Positions 28,999 to 38,612 are shown, counted from the first letter of the stretch. The stretch is 64,000 nt of DNA from Vulcanimicrobiota bacterium (GCA_963777315.1 CAVZQC010000005.1:64001-128000); one strand, 5' to 3'. The notes: generated by a model from the letters alone, not told the origin. Translations and numbers: made by a program.

Positions 28999-30669
28999 AT
29001 GCTGCGGCGGCTGACGATCCAAGATTACGGCCTGATACCGCGCGCCGAGATCGCCTTTTCCGAGCGCGCGACGATGTTCACCGGCGAAACCGGTTCGGGA
29101 AAAACGATGGTGCTGGGCGCATTGGCGTTCGCTTTGGGCGAGCGCGCCAGCGTCGAAGTCGTCCGGCGCGGCCGTCCGCGCGCGACCGTCACCTTGGAGT
29201 TCGAACTCGACGACGCGATGCGCGAGCGCCTGGGCGCGGACGGATTCGATCTCGACCCCGACGAGGATGCAACGATATCGCGGGAAATCTCAGCCGAAAC
29301 GGGCAAGTCGTCCGTGCGGCTCAACGGCCACCCGGCTACGGCAGCGTACGTGCGCGAGGTGGGCGCCCTGCTGGTCGACATTGCCGGACAGCATGAAGCG
29401 CAGCGCCTTCTCGCACCGAGCTATCATGTCGAACTCCTGGATCGGTTCGCCGGCCGGGAAGCGCTGCAAGCGGGCGAACGCGTTGGTTTTCTGCACGCGC
29501 GGCGAGTGGAGGCCGCCAAAGCGCTCGCGTCGCTGGATAGCGACGAGCGCCGAGCGCAGGAGCAATTCGCGTACGCAGAATTCGCGCTTGAAGAGATCAA
29601 AGGCGCCGCGCCGCAACCCGATGAGGACGAGCGGCTCACCGCGCGGCGCCGCGTTCTGGACAACGCGGAAAAAATCGTGAGCGCGCTGCACGCGGCGCAC
29701 GAAGCGCTGGCGGGAGACATGGGCGCTGCATCCGATGCGCTGGGCGTTGCCGGCGCAGCGCTCGGGCATATTTCCGATATCGCGCCGGACTTTGCGCAAA
29801 TCGCCCAGACCGCACAAGGCCTGCAAAGCGAAATCCACGATTTGGCCGCGCGCATAGCGCGCGAATCGGATGCGGTGGAGTTCGATCCGAACGAGCTCGA
29901 GTCGATCAATGCACGCCTGAATACGCTCGACGCGCTCAAACGCAAATACGGCGGATCCGTCCGCACCGTTCTTGAATCGGCACAGGAGTTTCGTTCGACG
30001 ATCGAGCTTTACGGCAACGCCGGTGAGCGCAAAGCGCAACTGGAGCGCGAACTGAAAGAGGCCGCCGTACAGCTCGAGGATGCCGCCGCGCACCTTTCGC
30101 GCATCCGCCGCGGCGCGGCCGACCGGCTGCAAAAAACCGTGGAAATCGAACTTAAAGACCTTGCGCTTGCATCGGCGCGCTTGGGCGTCCAGTTCGAACC
30201 GCTGGCGGAAACCGGCGCAAACGGCGCAGAGGCCGTCGAGTTCACCTTTGCCGCGAACAAGGGGCAGACGCAGCGGCCGCTCGCGCGCGTGGCATCGGGA
30301 GGAGAGATTACGCGCGTGCTTCTCGCGCTCATCGTCGTGCTGGCACAAGCGCGCGGCGGTACGGCGCTGGTCTTCGACGAGATCGATGCCGGCGTGGGCG
30401 GCGTTACCGCAACGGCGGTCGGCGTGCGGCTAGGGCGGCTGGCACGCCACGCCCAAGTCGTATGCGTGACGCATCTGGCACAGATCGCCGCGTGGGCCGA
30501 CGCCCATTACGTGCTCGAAAAAAACGAGAACGGCAGCGCGACCGCGATCGAGGTTCGCGCCGTCGGCAGCATCGAGGAGCGCGCGGCGGAGCTGGCGCGC
30601 ATGCTTTCGGGGCAAGCGCACGACGTTGCGCTGCAGCACGCGCGCGCGCTGTTGGAGCAGGCGGGTTAA
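28999..30669 (+). CDS. recN: DNA repair protein RecN
   Basis: TGETGSGKT Walker A, coiled coil, ASGGE signature, FDEIDAG, VTHLAQIA; ATG at 28999. Confidence 0.95.
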   Translation: MLRRLTIQDYGLIPRAEIAFSERATMFTGETGSGKTMVLGALAFALGERASVEVVRRGRPRATVTLEFELDDAMRERLGADGFDLDPDEDATISREISAETGKSSVRLNGHPATAAYVREVGALLVDIAGQHEAQRLLAPSYHVELLDRFAGREALQAGERVGFLHARRVEAAKALASLDSDERRAQEQFAYAEFALEEIKGAAPQPDEDERLTARRRVLDNAEKIVSALHAAHEALAGDMGAASDALGVAGAALGHISDIAPDFAQIAQTAQGLQSEIHDLAARIARESDAVEFDPNELESINARLNTLDALKRKYGGSVRTVLESAQEFRSTIELYGNAGERKAQLERELKEAAVQLEDAAAHLSRIRRGAADRLQKTVEIELKDLALASARLGVQFEPLAETGANGAEAVEFTFAANKGQTQRPLARVASGGEITRVLLALIVVLAQARGGTALVFDEIDAGVGGVTATAVGVRLGRLARHAQVVCVTHLAQIAAWADAHYVLEKNENGSATAIEVRAVGSIEERAAELARMLSGQAHDVALQHARALLEQAG

Positions 30670-32099
30670 TCCGGAATCTGATGGATCTTCAACAGGTTCG
30701 TTCCGCCGGCGCCAACCGGCATTCCCGTGGTGAATGCCACGCAATCGCCGGGCACGAGCAGGCCATCGCCGAGCATACGCTGCTCGGTGATGTGCAGCAG
30801 CACGTCGATCGAAGAATAGCGTTCGATTAAGATCGATTCCACGCCCCAGAGCAGCGCTAGACGGCGGGCCACTGCAGGGTCGGGCGTGAGAGCGATGATT
30901 CTGGCTCTGGGCCGAAATGCGCTGATGTGGTGCGCGGCGTTGCCGGTCGTCGTCCCGGTGACGATGTACGCAAGGTTCAACTCGGCGCTCGCGCGCGTTG
31001 CGGCTTCGGCTATCGACGTTGCAATGTCGCGCGTCGCGCCCTCCAGGCGCCGAAGCTGCAGGATCTCGTGCGGGTATTGTTTTTCGACCTCGCGGGAAAT
31101 CCCGGCCATCACGCGGACCGCCTCGGCGGGATACCGGCCGCGCGCCGTTTCGCCGGAAAGCATTACCGCGTCGGTTCCATCCAGAATCGCATTGGCGACG
31201 TCGGTCGTTTCGGCCCGCGTCGGACGCGGATTGAACGTCATGGATTCGAGCATCTGCGTAGCGGTTACGACGGGCTTGCTGGCGCGGTTGCAGCGCGCAA
31301 TCAAATCCTTTTGAATCATCGGCACTTGTTCGAGCGGAACCTCGATGCCTAAATCGCCGCGCGCTACCATGATGCCGTCGGCGGCCAAGATGATGTTGTC
31401 GATGTCCTGCAGCGCTTCGTGTTTTTCGATTTTTGCCAGCACGGGAACGCTCTTGCCGCGCTCTTTCATGAAGGCTTTGACGCGATGGATGTCGTCGGCG
31501 CTGCGTACGAAAGACACCGCGACGTAGTCGACGCCTTTGTCCAATCCGAACGACAGAAACTCGAGATCGCGATCGGAAACCGCCGCGATGTTGAGCGTTC
31601 CGTCGGGGTAGTTGATCCCTTGCTGCGCGCGCAGTTCGCCGCCCACTTCCACCGTCGTGCGGATTTCGGTAGCGCTCTTGTCCAGAATGCGCAGCGTGAT
31701 GGCGCCGTCCTGCAGGTACAGGCGCCTGCCCACCGCCACGTCCGCGGGCAGATCGTGATACGAAACCGAGACGCGCTCGGCGCTGCCCTCGATCGGTTCG
31801 CTGGTGAGCACGAACGGATTCCCGCGTTCCAAACGTACGCAAGCGGTACCGTTTTGAAGCGTTCCGGTTCGCACTTTGGGCCCGGGCAGATCTTGGAGAA
31901 TGGCGATGTGCTCGTTCAGTTCGGACGCTATTGAGCGAATGCGGTCGGCGCTTTCGCCATGCTCTTGCGGAGTCGCGTGCGAGAAATTGAGCCGGAATAC
32001 GTTGGTGCCTGAAACGATGAGCGCGCGAATGATCTCGGGATCGCGCGACGCCGGTCCGATCGTAGCGACGATCTTCGTTCGTTTTTGAATCTTATCCAT
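30666..32099 (-). CDS. pyk: Pyruvate kinase
   Basis: TKIVATIGPAS, RLNFSH, AKIEK, MVARGDLG, ATQMLESM, LSGETA. Confidence 0.97.
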   Translation of the reverse strand: MDKIQKRTKIVATIGPASRDPEIIRALIVSGTNVFRLNFSHATPQEHGESADRIRSIASELNEHIAILQDLPGPKVRTGTLQNGTACVRLERGNPFVLTSEPIEGSAERVSVSYHDLPADVAVGRRLYLQDGAITLRILDKSATEIRTTVEVGGELRAQQGINYPDGTLNIAAVSDRDLEFLSFGLDKGVDYVAVSFVRSADDIHRVKAFMKERGKSVPVLAKIEKHEALQDIDNIILAADGIMVARGDLGIEVPLEQVPMIQKDLIARCNRASKPVVTATQMLESMTFNPRPTRAETTDVANAILDGTDAVMLSGETARGRYPAEAVRVMAGISREVEKQYPHEILQLRRLEGATRDIATSIAEAATRASAELNLAYIVTGTTTGNAAHHISAFRPRARIIALTPDPAVARRLALLWGVESILIERYSSIDVLLHITEQRMLGDGLLVPGDCVAFTTGMPVGAGGTNLLKIHQIPD

Positions 32100-32143
32100 G
32101 AGCTCGTAGGCGCTTGCGCGGCAAGCCCCGAAGGCTCCTGCGT

Positions 32144-33403
32144 TTGAACCGGGATCCTGACGATCGAAACGCTTCGCAGCGCAACGTATTCAGCTTTGTC
32201 GCCTCATTGCTGCTGCACGCGCTTGCGGCGTATTTTGTGTTTTCATTGGCGACGTCGTCGTCGCAGCAGGCCGCATCGGAATCGTTCTCGGGCAGTGCCG
32301 TCGTTACCGTTACGCGCGAAACTCCCAAGAAAACTGCTCCGGCCACGGTCGCGCGTGCGGCGGTTCCGGTTCCCAAAGCGCCGCCTGCCGCGCCCCCCCG
32401 CATACTGCACGAGCTTGCCAAGTTTGCCCCGACCGCACCGCCCAACCCCACGCCGGTTCCGCAGCGAACGCCCGCGCCCAGACCGGTGCCTACGCAGGTT
32501 GCGTTGGCCGCTACGCCGGCCCCGCTTCCCTCGACCGCTCCTACGACGGCGCCCATCCGTATCGCCGCCGCCGTTCGGACCGCCGCGCCGAAGGCCGTCG
32601 CTACCGTCGCGCCGCCCACCGCGGCGCCGACGGCCGCTCCCAAGCCGGCCCCTACGGCGCTTCCGACTTCGGCCCCGACGCCACGGCCTGAGCCTTCGGC
32701 ACTCTCGGCGACGCAGGCGCCGCTGTTGGCAGTCAACCCGCAGCCTCTCATCACGCCCGGGGCCCCGTCGCAGATTCGAATTCCGCATCCGGCAGCAACG
32801 TCTGCCCACGGCAAAGCGCCTCGACCCGGACCGACTGCCGTGGGCTCACCCGGTCCGCGCGGCTTCAAGGCGGTAAAAGGCCCGAGCGTCGTTCGGCCCG
32901 TTCAAGCCGCCACTCCCCGGCCCGTCCGAGTTCGGCCGGCGCCGCCGAAAAAACGTCAGTCGCTCGAGCAGCGGCTCAAAAGCCTGTTGCCGACGGCGGG
33001 TCCCTCGTTTACCCCCGAGCCTCCCAAGCACTACTCGTTCCTAGGCAACCTCAAGCCGACCCCGGAGCCCGAGCCGACTCCGCCCCCGCAAGTCATCGCG
33101 GCGACCAAATATCTCTACGTAGAAAACGTCGGCAGCCAGCGCTGGAAACAGTCTTTTCTGGGCACGGCGCCGGAAGAGGCATACGTGAAGATGTACGTCA
33201 CGCGGGTCAAGCGCATCGGCTTCGTCAACTGGTGCACCGGTTGGGTCGTGCGCGCGCCCATTGCCGGAAATCAGCACTGGATCGTCGAGGACAACGTCAG
33301 CTACATTTGCGCCGGGCACTTAGAGCCGTTCACGCCCCCTGCAGCGCAACCAACCGTGCGCAGTCCAGAGCCTGCGATAAGCGCCCAGCCGAAGGGTCCT
33401 TGA
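32144..33403 (+). CDS. Membrane-anchored Pro/Ala/Thr-rich protein with TonB/TolA-like anchor and an unrecognised C-terminal domain (start approximate)
   Basis: TM with SLLLH motif, long P/A/T linker, compact beta-rich C-terminal domain with two Cys. Confidence 0.65.
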   Translation: MNRDPDDRNASQRNVFSFVASLLLHALAAYFVFSLATSSSQQAASESFSGSAVVTVTRETPKKTAPATVARAAVPVPKAPPAAPPRILHELAKFAPTAPPNPTPVPQRTPAPRPVPTQVALAATPAPLPSTAPTTAPIRIAAAVRTAAPKAVATVAPPTAAPTAAPKPAPTALPTSAPTPRPEPSALSATQAPLLAVNPQPLITPGAPSQIRIPHPAATSAHGKAPRPGPTAVGSPGPRGFKAVKGPSVVRPVQAATPRPVRVRPAPPKKRQSLEQRLKSLLPTAGPSFTPEPPKHYSFLGNLKPTPEPEPTPPPQVIAATKYLYVENVGSQRWKQSFLGTAPEEAYVKMYVTRVKRIGFVNWCTGWVVRAPIAGNQHWIVEDNVSYICAGHLEPFTPPAAQPTVRSPEPAISAQPKGP

Positions 33404-33428
33404 TACCGGGCATTTGTCGGCGTACAAT
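33400..33428 (+). promoter_or_regulatory. Strong sigma70-type promoter TTGATA-17bp-TACAAT
   Basis: Near-consensus hexamers with 17-bp spacing. Confidence 0.8.
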
Positions 33429-33434
33429 GACGGA

Positions 33435-33594
33435 GTCTCACAAGACCAGTGAGCATCGACATAAGGAGGGCGGTTGGAACCGCAAGATCCACCGGGCGAC
33501 GCAGCCCGAAAGAGCGCGCCGTAACAAGAGCGCTAGACAAGCGCTCGGCGGCAGCCGGACGTAACCGGTATTCGGGCGCGCTCCATGTTGAGAC
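33435..33594 (+). ncRNA. Putative structured small RNA (6S-like or novel)
   Basis: Starts at the expected TSS; ends pair (GTCTCA/TGAGAC); several internal helices; followed by an intrinsic terminator; no convincing long ORF. Confidence 0.55.
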
Positions 33595-33606
33595 ACGATA
33601 GAACAA

Positions 33607-33650
33607 GACGAGGGGCTGCACCCACTGGGGTTGCGGCCCGTCGTGTTTTT
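33607..33650 (+). terminator. Intrinsic terminator
   Basis: ACGAGGGGCTGCACCC...GGGGTTGCGGCCCGTCGT imperfect stem followed by GTTTTT. Confidence 0.7.
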
Positions 33651-33727
33651 ACGGTAGTCTATGTCAAGGTTGATCGGTATGAGCGTGGGCAGGTCCCGCG
33701 CTTCATTGTTGATAGGGGATCGCTGCA

Positions 33728-34234
33728 GTGCAGCTCACTTTGGCGCAGGCATTCGGACGTGCGGTCGACGAAATCGCGCATGACGCCGGTTTTCCCGGCG
33801 TCGAAATCGTGCAGCACGCCGCGCGGCGCGCGCGCCATTCCACGTCGCTTTCGCTCACGATCGATCGCGAGGGCGGGATCGATTTGGCGACGTGCGAACG
33901 CGTCGCCGGGGCAATCAATAAACGGCTGGACGATCGCGAAGAACCGTATACCCTGCAAGTCGAATCGGCCGGCCTGAACCGTGCGCTGACCAAGCCCGGA
34001 GACTACCAGCGCTTTGCCGGACGCAATGCGAAGATCGTCACCTCGCTGCTCGTGCAGGGCGGCAAAACGCACCGGGGCGTCCTGCGCGGCGTTCGCGGAA
34101 CGAACGTCATTTTGCAAACGGACGACGGCGAACTTCCGTTGCCGATAGCAACGATCGAAAAGGCCAACCTGGAATACGACATCCGCGCGGATCTCAAACG
34201 TGCCAAAGAGGAGCGCAAACAGCACAATGCCTGA
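33728..34234 (+). CDS. rimP: Ribosome maturation factor RimP
   Basis: LTIDREGGIDLATCERV, YTLQVESAGLNRAL; upstream of nusA. Confidence 0.92.
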   Translation: MQLTLAQAFGRAVDEIAHDAGFPGVEIVQHAARRARHSTSLSLTIDREGGIDLATCERVAGAINKRLDDREEPYTLQVESAGLNRALTKPGDYQRFAGRNAKIVTSLLVQGGKTHRGVLRGVRGTNVILQTDDGELPLPIATIEKANLEYDIRADLKRAKEERKQHNA

Positions 34235-35459
34235 AGCCGCAACCGAAGAAAAACTCATCGACGTACTGCAATTCATCTCGAGGGAGCGCAACATTCCGTT
34301 CGAGATGCTGGTCGAAGCGCTGGAAGCCGCGCTGCTCACGGCGTACAAGCGTCACTTCGGCAGCGAAGCCAACGCGATCGTCACGGTCGATCGGCAAAGC
34401 GGCGAATACAAGGTGTTCCACCGGCGCACCGTGGTCGACGAAGTCGCCGATCCCAAGCTCGAAGTCATGCCCTCGGAAGCCGGTCCGCAGTATCAGGTCG
34501 GCGATTTCTTCGACGAAGAGGTCACTCCCAAAGACTTCGGTCGCATCGCAGCGCAAACCGCAAAGCAAGTCATCGTGCAGCGCATTCGAGAAGCCGAGCG
34601 CGACACGGTCTACAACAAATATGCGGCCAAACTCAACGACGTCGTCAAAGGAACCGTTCAGCGGTTCGAGCAGCGTAACATGTACGTGCTGCTCGAAGGC
34701 AAGGACGAAGCGATGCTCCCGCTGTCCGAACAGGTCCCACGCGAAAATTTCCGCATCAACGACTTCATTCGCGCGTACGTGCTCGACGTTCGCAAATCGC
34801 CCAAGGGTCCCAGCGTGATCCTTTCGCGCGCGGCCGAAGGGCTCGTGCAGCGTCTGCTCGAGTTCGAAGTTCCGGAAATCGAAGACGGTATCGTGGAGAT
34901 CATGGCGATCTCGCGCGAACCGGGGAGCCGCTCCAAGGTCGCCGTGCGCACGAACCGGCCGGAAATCGATCCGATCGGTGCGTGCCTTGGTCCCAAATCC
35001 AGCCGCATCGCCAACGTTTCCGACGAGTTGCGCGGGGAAAAAATCGACGTCATCCGCTGGGAACCCGATCACGTCGCCTTCATCATGAATGCGCTCCAGC
35101 CCGCCAAAGTGCTGGCCGTGGAGCTGTTCGACGACGACGGGGTCGCGCTCGTCGTCGTGCCGGATTATCAACTGTCGCTGGCAATCGGCCGCGAGGGCCA
35201 GAACGTACGCCTTGCCGCGCATTTGACCGGCTGGCGCCTGGACATTGCCAGCGAATCGGAGGCCGACGAGGCGCGCGAACGGTACTTGGCCGAAAGGGCG
35301 CAGCCGGCTGCAGCCGAGGTTCCGGCAGCCGAAGAGCCTGCGGCCGAGGTCGAAGAGCTCGCCGCAGAGCCGGCCGCTGAGCCGCCGGTCGGAATCGACG
35401 AGGAGCTCATCCGCAAGTTGGAAGAGTTCAAGCGCGAGCGTTTGGGGGAAGCGGAATAG
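34227..35459 (+). CDS. nusA: Transcription termination/antitermination factor NusA
   Basis: FGRIAAQTAKQVIVQRIREAER, EVPEI, REPGSRSK, AIGREGQNVRLA. Confidence 0.97.
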   Translation: MPEAATEEKLIDVLQFISRERNIPFEMLVEALEAALLTAYKRHFGSEANAIVTVDRQSGEYKVFHRRTVVDEVADPKLEVMPSEAGPQYQVGDFFDEEVTPKDFGRIAAQTAKQVIVQRIREAERDTVYNKYAAKLNDVVKGTVQRFEQRNMYVLLEGKDEAMLPLSEQVPRENFRINDFIRAYVLDVRKSPKGPSVILSRAAEGLVQRLLEFEVPEIEDGIVEIMAISREPGSRSKVAVRTNRPEIDPIGACLGPKSSRIANVSDELRGEKIDVIRWEPDHVAFIMNALQPAKVLAVELFDDDGVALVVVPDYQLSLAIGREGQNVRLAAHLTGWRLDIASESEADEARERYLAERAQPAAAEVPAAEEPAAEVEELAAEPAAEPPVGIDEELIRKLEEFKRERLGEAE

Positions 35460-35692
35460 CCGCACCGGTGCGGCAGTGCGCGGGCTGCCGCGAGCGCAAA
35501 CCTCAAGCCGCGATGCAGCGGTTCGTCCGAGCCGCCCAGTCGCGGACGTGGCTACCCGACAGGGGTTCCAACCGGAGTGCCGGCAGAGGCGTGTACCTGT
35601 GTTCGGCGGCATGCGCGCTGCGCGCCGAAAAAAACCGCAAGTATCCGGGGCTTGCATCCTCGGCCGCCGAATACGGGTTTGAAGTAGGTTAA
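35456..35692 (+). CDS. ylxR: YlxR family RNA-binding protein (start ATA 35456 or GTG 35468)
   Basis: PVRQCAGCRE, GRGVYLC motifs; conserved position after nusA. Confidence 0.85.
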   Translation: MAAPVRQCAGCRERKPQAAMQRFVRAAQSRTWLPDRGSNRSAGRGVYLCSAACALRAEKNRKYPGLASSAAEYGFEVG

Positions 35693-35879
35693 CGCCGCGA
35701 CCGCACGCCAAGGGGTTATGTGAAGTGACATGTTAAGCTCGCACAATGCGTAATCGTTTCGGCTGCTCGTCCTCGATGCAATCGGGGAGGGAGCGCGCCA
35801 TGAACTGAGGGGAAAAGCAGGCACCCTCGGCTTCCCGCTCCGAGGGAATCAACCGGCCTGCAATGACGAAAGGCAGATT

Positions 35880-38603
35880 TTGGCTACCGGAAAAGTTCGC
35901 ATCTTTGAACTTGCGAAAGAGGTAGGGCTCTCCTCGAAAGAGCTTGTTACGCTCTTCAACGAACGGCTCGGCGGCATCTTCGAGGCGAAGAACCAGCTCA
36001 GCGTCGTGCCCGATCACATCGCCGACCTCGTGCGTAGCGTGCTGCTCAAAGCGGCGCCGGCGGCCAAACCGCCCGCTGCGCAGCCTGCGGCTGCACCCAA
36101 ACGCAGCCCGGCAAAAACGTCCGGACCGCGCGCGGCGGCGCCTCCCAAAGAAGAAACTCCCGCAGAACCCATCCCGACGCTCAAGCCGGTTGCGGCCACT
36201 TCACGCCGGTCGGCCGCCTCTACGGTCAAGCCCGCGGCGGCGCCTCCCGAGCCCGCGCCCGATGCAGGCCCCCCCGCCGAGCAGCCCGCTCCGGTGAAGC
36301 CCGCCGCCGCGCGCCGTCCTGCGCCGGCGGCTCAAGCGCCGAAGGTTCCTGCGGCGCCGGCAACGGCCATTACGCGCCTGCGCCCGGTTCCGGATGGTCA
36401 GACTTCGATTTTGCCTCGGCGTGCGGCGCCCCCGCCCACCACCTCCGCTTCGGCGTCTCCAGGCCCCCAGACGGGTCTTCCGGGACGGCCCGGGGTTGCG
36501 CCTCGCCCCGGACAAGCCGGAACGCCCGCGCAATCCGCAGGCCCGCGCACGCCGCAGCCCGGGCGATTGATCGCGCCCGCGCCCCAGCAGCGCCGCCCTC
36601 AGGGCAATGGTCCCTTTCGCCCCCTCACGCCGCCGGGCAATCGCCCTTTCACCGCGCGCCCCGGCGTGCCGCCGTCGGCCACCGAGATGCCCACCCCGAG
36701 TTCCGGGGGGCGCCCCGGCGATCGCACGCGCGACCGCGACGACAAGATCAACAAAAAAGACCGCGAGAAGGAGCTGCTGCTCGAAAAGGAGCGCAATCGT
36801 AAAAAGCGTCCGGACTCCGCGCCCGCGCCCGTAGCGGCAAAGCTCGAAACGATCGAAATTCCCGATCTGCTTACGGTTCAGGAATTGGCGACGACGATGA
36901 TCGTTCCGGCCAAAGACATCATCAAAGAGTTGATCAAGATGGGCACGATGGCGACGATCAACCAAAACATTTCCAGCGACGTCGCGATCCAGGTTGCCAA
37001 AAAATTCGGTTTCAGCGCGGTCGTGAAGGAAGCGGGCGAAGAAGTCACCGTCGAGCAAGAGGAAGACAAGCCCGAAATGCTTACCGGTCGTCCGCCCGTG
37101 GTGACCGTGCTCGGCCACGTGGATCACGGCAAGACCTCGCTGCTGGATAAAATTCGACGGGCGGACGTGGCCGGCGGCGAAGCCGGCGGCATCACGCAAC
37201 GCATCGGCGCGTACACGGTGGAACGGAACGATCGCAAGATCACGTTCATCGACACGCCGGGCCACGAAGCATTTACGCAGATGCGCGCACGCGGTGCGAA
37301 GGTGACCGACGTCGCGGTGCTCGTGGTCGCGGCCGACGACGGCGTCATGCCGCAAACGAAAGAAGCGATCGCGCACGTTCGCGCCGCCGGCGTTCCGATC
37401 GTCGTTGCGGTCAACAAGATCGACAAAGCCGACGCACAGCCCGAACGCGTCAAACAGCAGCTCGCCGAAGAAGGCCTGCAATCCGTCGATTGGGGCGGGA
37501 CGATCGAAATGGTCCCCGTTTCCGCAAAGACGGGCACCGGCATCGACAAACTGCTCGAAACGGTGCTGCTCGAAGCCGACATTCGCGATCTGAAGGCCAA
37601 CAAGAACCGGCGCGCAACCGGCGTCGTGATCGAGTCCGCGCTCGATCGCGGACGCGGCGCAGTTGCAACGGTGCTGGTCCAGAACGGCACGCTTCGGGTG
37701 GGCGACATCGTCGTAGCCGGCGGCACGTTCGGAAAAGTTCGAGCGCTGGTCGACGACAAGGGCAAACAAGTCAAAAAAGCCGGCCCCTCGATTCCGGTCG
37801 AGATCATGGGCTTGGGCGACGTGCCGGCCGCGGGCGACACGTTGATGGTGGTTTCCGACGAGCGCGTTGCCCGGGAAACGGCCGACAAACGCAAGACGCG
37901 CCGGCGCGACGTTCGCATCGCCGCAGCGGGCGGTCAGCGCGTTTCGCTCGAGACGTTCATGCAGATGCCCGCGGAGGGCACTAAGACGCTCAACATCATC
38001 GTCAAGGCCGACGGTCAAGGCTCGGTGGAAGCGCTGCGGGCGCGCATGGAATCGCTTTCGACCGAAGAGGTGGAGATTCGCGTGATCCACGGCGGCGTGG
38101 GCGCCATCACGCCCAACGACGTCAATCTGGCCAGCGCGTCGAATGCCGTTCTGATCGGATTCAACATCCGTCCGGACGAAACGGTCAAGCGCCTTGCCGA
38201 AAACGAAGGCGTCGACTTGCGGTTCTACCAAGTGATCTACGACGTCGAAGACGACTTGCGCAAGGCAATGCGCGGCATGCTTGCGCCGGTTCAGCGCGAG
38301 ATCACGCTCGGACAAGCCGAGGTTCGCGAAGTCTTCAAGGTCAGCAAAGTCGGTTCCATCGCAGGCTGCTACGTCAAGGGCGGCAAGATCGTGCGCAATG
38401 CCAAGGTCCGCGTGCTGCGGGATCAAGCCGTCATTTTCGACGGCGAGCTCGAGTCGCTTCGCCGCTTCAAGGACGACGTGCGCGAAGTGGCCGAAGGGTA
38501 CGAGTGCGGCATTCAGGTCGCCCGCTATCAGGACCTCAAAGTCGGCGACATCATCGAGGCTTACTCGGTCGAGACGGTCGCAGCGGAGCTCGCTCATGCA
38601 TAA
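35880..38603 (+). CDS. infB: Translation initiation factor IF-2
   Basis: KVRIFELAKE, GHVDHGKTS, DTPGHEAF, NKID, SLRRFKDDV. Confidence 0.98.
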   Translation: MATGKVRIFELAKEVGLSSKELVTLFNERLGGIFEAKNQLSVVPDHIADLVRSVLLKAAPAAKPPAAQPAAAPKRSPAKTSGPRAAAPPKEETPAEPIPTLKPVAATSRRSAASTVKPAAAPPEPAPDAGPPAEQPAPVKPAAARRPAPAAQAPKVPAAPATAITRLRPVPDGQTSILPRRAAPPPTTSASASPGPQTGLPGRPGVAPRPGQAGTPAQSAGPRTPQPGRLIAPAPQQRRPQGNGPFRPLTPPGNRPFTARPGVPPSATEMPTPSSGGRPGDRTRDRDDKINKKDREKELLLEKERNRKKRPDSAPAPVAAKLETIEIPDLLTVQELATTMIVPAKDIIKELIKMGTMATINQNISSDVAIQVAKKFGFSAVVKEAGEEVTVEQEEDKPEMLTGRPPVVTVLGHVDHGKTSLLDKIRRADVAGGEAGGITQRIGAYTVERNDRKITFIDTPGHEAFTQMRARGAKVTDVAVLVVAADDGVMPQTKEAIAHVRAAGVPIVVAVNKIDKADAQPERVKQQLAEEGLQSVDWGGTIEMVPVSAKTGTGIDKLLETVLLEADIRDLKANKNRRATGVVIESALDRGRGAVATVLVQNGTLRVGDIVVAGGTFGKVRALVDDKGKQVKKAGPSIPVEIMGLGDVPAAGDTLMVVSDERVARETADKRKTRRRDVRIAAAGGQRVSLETFMQMPAEGTKTLNIIVKADGQGSVEALRARMESLSTEEVEIRVIHGGVGAITPNDVNLASASNAVLIGFNIRPDETVKRLAENEGVDLRFYQVIYDVEDDLRKAMRGMLAPVQREITLGQAEVREVFKVSKVGSIAGCYVKGGKIVRNAKVRVLRDQAVIFDGELESLRRFKDDVREVAEGYECGIQVARYQDLKVGDIIEAYSVETVAAELAHA

Positions 38604-38612
38604 ATACGCCCA

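Noticed and set aside
33427..33564. 45-aa ORF MTESHKTS... as a peptide gene
   Set aside because: Its ATG overlaps the -10 hexamer, upstream of the expected TSS
33435..33650. T-box, SRP, tmRNA or RNase P identity for the RNA candidate
   Set aside because: No GGTGGNACC antiterminator next to the terminator, no SRP GGAA helix-8 motif, no tRNA-like ends, no GAGGAAAGTCC
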